Origin: Ministeria vibrans ATCC 50519
Taxonomy: Eukaryota; Protista; Filasterea
Direction: 5' to 3'
Assembly (NCBI GenBank): GCA_943704425.1
Contig: CALSCP010000425.1
Location: 1-64,000, forward strand
Length of the DNA stretch: 64,000 nucleotides
In this document: positions 60,248 to 64,000 of the stretch, piece after piece
Numbering within the stretch: the stretch's first letter is position 1
Layout of the letters: every line of letters begins with the position of its first letter
Notes under the pieces: model-generated
Seen by the model: the letters and a program-made list of their open reading frames with translations, nothing else
What the model was told of the DNA's origin: nothing
The model's database searches: none
Made by a program: the position numbers and the translations under genes

Positions 60248-62517
60248 TCATTCGGTTATATTCTCGTTATTCTGGAACATCACAGAGTGAGAGAGAGCGC
60301 AGTGCAAAGGGGGAGAGAGTTACAGAACTCATTCCAATTAGAGCGTAAGTGATAAGACACGTCGGAACCTGAAACCATCAAGGGTTAGGGATGACAATAT
60401 TAGGGTTTGGGTATTACAAAGGGTTAGGGATGACATATAAGGGTTCGGTATTACCTCAATCTCATATCTGTTGTTCACGGGCACAGAGGATGATGGCATA
60501 AGTGGCAGCAAGATCACATGGCACAGCTTCTTCACCACTGCCTTGACCGCAAACAGCAGCGGAATCCCCACCAGTGGGCGCACTATTGTCATTCCGATGG
60601 AATCCACACCCATCACACACGCGTAGTCCCTCTGCAATCACACACGCGACAGTTATTCCCAAGCAACATAATAATGTCATAATTCATTCTATGTTTTGCT
60701 GATTAATCATTAGAAGAAAGAGAGGGTACCACAATACAATCAAAATAATACACCATTCTATAATGATAATAATATCATAAGAAAAAAAATAACGATAATA
60801 ATACAATGAACAAGGTGCTTTTCGTTTTGCATGACTGACCTGAGACAAGACCATTCCAGTCAAAACTCCCAAATATACTCCCATTACTCGACCCCTAAAC
60901 AGTTCATAGGGTTATATATTATTCTCAGAAGTATTATCTTCCTGGTGTCTTTGTCAGTCACGCAATCACACTCTCAATCACTCAAACATTCACTCTCAAC
61001 CAAAAAGTCACACTCAATCACTCAAAAATAATTCTCTCTCAAACAATCGATCGCTCACTCTCATTCCCAACTCAAAGACACACACACACCGAATCGTACA
61101 TATCCCCATAAGTATTTGACCAGTGTGTTCTTGGAGCGGGAAAGAATATGAGCGCAACAACAATGCACACAAAAAGCGCAGAGAGAAAGAAAAGAGGAGA
61201 GTCCACAAGCTGCTGCTCGATAATGTCAATGAGAGGTATCGCGCTGAGCATAATCACAGTGCCCAGCGCGAATCCCACTGTGCAGTCAGCTGGTGAGTGC
61301 ACTCCGAGATAGAGGCGCGAGAGAGTAACCGAGACCAGCCAGAAGGATCCTGAAACGAGTTGATAAGGTGAGCGTTGCACCATTAAAGATAGAATTCGAG
61401 GAAGACTTAGAGTGAAGGTAGCGTTTGGGAATGTAGTTGTCATAAAAGATTAGGATTGGGTTAGATAGGGCTAGGGTTTGATATACGGCTTCGTTGGCAA
61501 ATTGTGTTCTTGCCAAAATACGAACATTCATACTGCTGAGTAATTCGTTTGTGTGTTGTTACCGAAGAGAAACGCAGGAATGGTTGGAACAAGATCGTGT
61601 ACAAGAAGATAGTGCACGACTCCAAAGGGGAGACACACTGCGCCCATGACATGCGTCGAGGGCATTCCGTACTCGGCCTGATAGGCGCCTTCAAGACGCA
61701 CCACAGGCGGGCATGGGGGGCGTGGGAGGCGAAGGAGATCCTAGCTCAAACAAAGAAGAAGTGTGAAATGATGGTACTAATCTGTGACTCTTACTTTGAA
61801 CCACTGCCCAATGCATGTCGAGAGCATCCAGAGAAGCACCACTTCTCGCATCAGAGCACCACTGCCGTGCCAGCACAACATTGGCAGAAATGAGATGAAT
61901 CTATTGGAGAGAGAGAGGGGGGGAGGGAGGGAGGGCGAAACAAAGTGATAGAGAGAGAATGATAGAGAGAGAAACAAAGTGATAGAGAGAGAGAGAAAAA
62001 CAAAGTGATAGAGAGAGAGAGAAAAACAAAGTGATAGAACAAAAGTAATAGAACAAAAGCGATAGAGAGAGAGAAACAAAGTAATAGAGAGAATGAATGA
62101 TTCAAACCACACGTCTGTGATGACACTCCACACACACACATACGTGATCTCATTCCCCAGCTCAGCACTCAGTCGGAAAAACCAGTAGATGGGTGCATAG
62201 CCCGGGGACTGCTTGGACACGCCAAAGAAGGCCTGGAAGCGCACCAGCTGGGGTGTTCCAGCAGCGACCTACGCACAATGAGTGGGGTGAGCCAGAGAAA
62301 GAGAGAGAGAGAGAGAGAGCCGGAAGGAGGGCAACGCGCGCCTCCCACGCCGCGCGCGATGCTGCCAATGTGAAGTGCATACCCACTTTGCAAGGTAGGA
62401 GCGGACGAGGGAGTCGCTGGGGTCGTCGCAAAGGGTCCTTTGAGGGAGTGCCGTTGCACAGTCCGCCGCAAGTCGCTCTTCCGCCGCGCGCGCCTCTCCT
62501 CGTCGCGTCGTGACCAT
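60248..62517 (-). CDS. Sphingosine-1-phosphate phosphatase (PAP2 family, SGPP-like), multi-exon
   Basis: AELGNEITY; GQWFK|DLLRLPRP; EYGMPSTH; [13 protein letters not shown]; RYEIE|[12 protein letters not shown]. Confidence 0.9.
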
Positions 62518-62644
62518 CAGAGACAGAGATGGGGAGGGTAGGCGTAGCGAGAGGGCTGTGCCAGACGAAGAGAAGAAAAACTAAAAATAATCCAAAAATA
62601 TTCTCGATTCAAAAGAAAGTCCAAGATCAACTTTTTTTTGTGCA

Positions 62645-64000
62645 ATGCTGCTCTCGTTGAAAGATCAAGCGTCTCTGATTCAAGGAGGTACCCTCTAGTC
62701 GCCACACGCCCCCGCGCACACTCTGATCTCTCTCTCTCTCTCTCTCTCTCCCTCTCTCTGTCTCTCTCTCGACTGTGCAGCGCCTCTTGAAGGTGACAGT
62801 CTCGTTGCTCGAATAGTCTCGGGCGACTACCGCGCCGTTCTAGAGTCGCTGGGCGCATCGCTGTTTGTGGACGAGACCGAGGGTGATGTGTCATGGCCTG
62901 TCGCCCTGGCGTCGCGCGTCTCAGACGGCGCTGAGGCCATGCTGGGTGGTATCGCGTGCTTGCTGCTGTTCGTGCAGGAAAACTGGACGGGCCCCGCCTG
63001 CAGCAGCGACGTCGAGGCGCTGCTGCACGCGCCCGCCGACCTGGACACGTGTGCCTTGCTTGCCGTCGACGGCGAAGACGCCTATCGACTCGTGCTGCGC
63101 CCCAGGCTGCTCATTGCCGCTCGCGCCCTTCTGCTGGCGCCCCAGTCTGCAGCTGAATGGCCCGCTTCGGCCGACTGGTGGCGCGTTCGCTGTCTTGCTG
63201 TCCACCAGCGCATTCTGGACGATCCCGCCGGCTCGCTTGTCGACGGGGACGCGGCGAGCGCGGCTCTCAGCGGCATGGCGGCGTTTGTCGAGCTGTGTCG
63301 TGCGACTGAGTCCATCGACGACGCGACCACCAAGGACCTTGTGGTGCGCATGAACCTCGAGGTTGGCCTGCACTGGCACTACAGCGAGAACACAAACCGC
63401 TCCAAGGTGTTCTTTATGGAGGCGCAATCGGCAGCCGAGCTGTGCGTCGAAATGAGCGGCGCACTCGGCAAGCGCACGCAGTGGCAGTCCAAAGAGACGG
63501 CCCAGCTCATTCTGCGCACTTCCAGCACACGCGCCAAGCCATCAACGGAAGCAAACGCAAACGAAGAAACTGTAGCAAAGGGTGTGGTACCGCGCACGCT
63601 GCCACTGAACGACGACACACTCCTCGAGCAGATTGCGTACAGTGAGTTGGAGGAGATGGACAAACTCACGTCGGAGCAACAGACCATTCTGCTGGCACTG
63701 TGCCTCGACATCAAGAACCAGAACCCGCGTCACGGCCTTACGACCGAAGAGATGTTTCCCTATGTGCTTCGTGTGCTGGAGACACCGCAAAACTGGCTCG
63801 TGTACACAATGGGACTCCTAGTCCGGTCGCGACTGGAGGGCGAGAAGATGCGCACCGTCGAACGAGGCACAATGCAACTGCAAGTGTTGGTGGACCAGTA
63901 CAGTGAGTCGGGGGAGGGCAAGGATGAGGCGCCCGTTGCGCTGCGCATGCACTACTTCTTCTCTGTTGCCTTTCCGTCGCTATGGCAGATCAAGTGCGAG
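62645..64000 (+). CDS. TTC27: TTC27/Emw1 TPR protein, 5' part (runs off the right edge)
   Basis: LLLFVQENWTGP; MSGALGKRTQWQ; LNDDTLLE; NWLVYTMGLLVRSRLE...VERGTMQLQVLVDQ. Confidence 0.9.

Overview
Gene-dense (~21 protein genes) nuclear DNA of a flagellated eukaryote. Exons are GC-rich, introns are short AT-rich GT-AG, (CT)n/(CA)n microsatellites are common, and there are two N-gaps. Gene content (DNAAF1, tetraspanin, MKLP1-type kinesin-6, laminin-like and sushi/REJ proteins) suggests a unicellular holozoan or close relative of animals; this is inference. Housekeeping genes: extended SDR, FBXL, RNASEK, EXO70, CEBPZ/NOC1, DNAAF1, SLC46-like MFS, TUTase, KIF23, KATNB1, PDXK, RPB4, SGPP, TTC27. 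Highlights: (1) a secreted ~2,600-aa laminin-like protein (LN-like, ~13 LE repeats, coiled coil, 2 LamG-like domains); (2) an ncRNA island at 28.46-29.13 kb with two atypical tRNA-like genes (GAU and GAA anticodons, one with encoded CCA) abutting an unidentified ~135-nt three-way-junction RNA; (3) a ~380-nt strongly folded element inside an RNASEK intron; (4) EXO70 split in phase by a ~12-kb multi-gene block bounded by (CT)n tracts, probably a misassembly; (5) a giant sushi-EGF-REJ protein with an acidic Cys/Asp N-terminal repeat. Exon boundaries, folds and family calls were made by eye, with no database searches.
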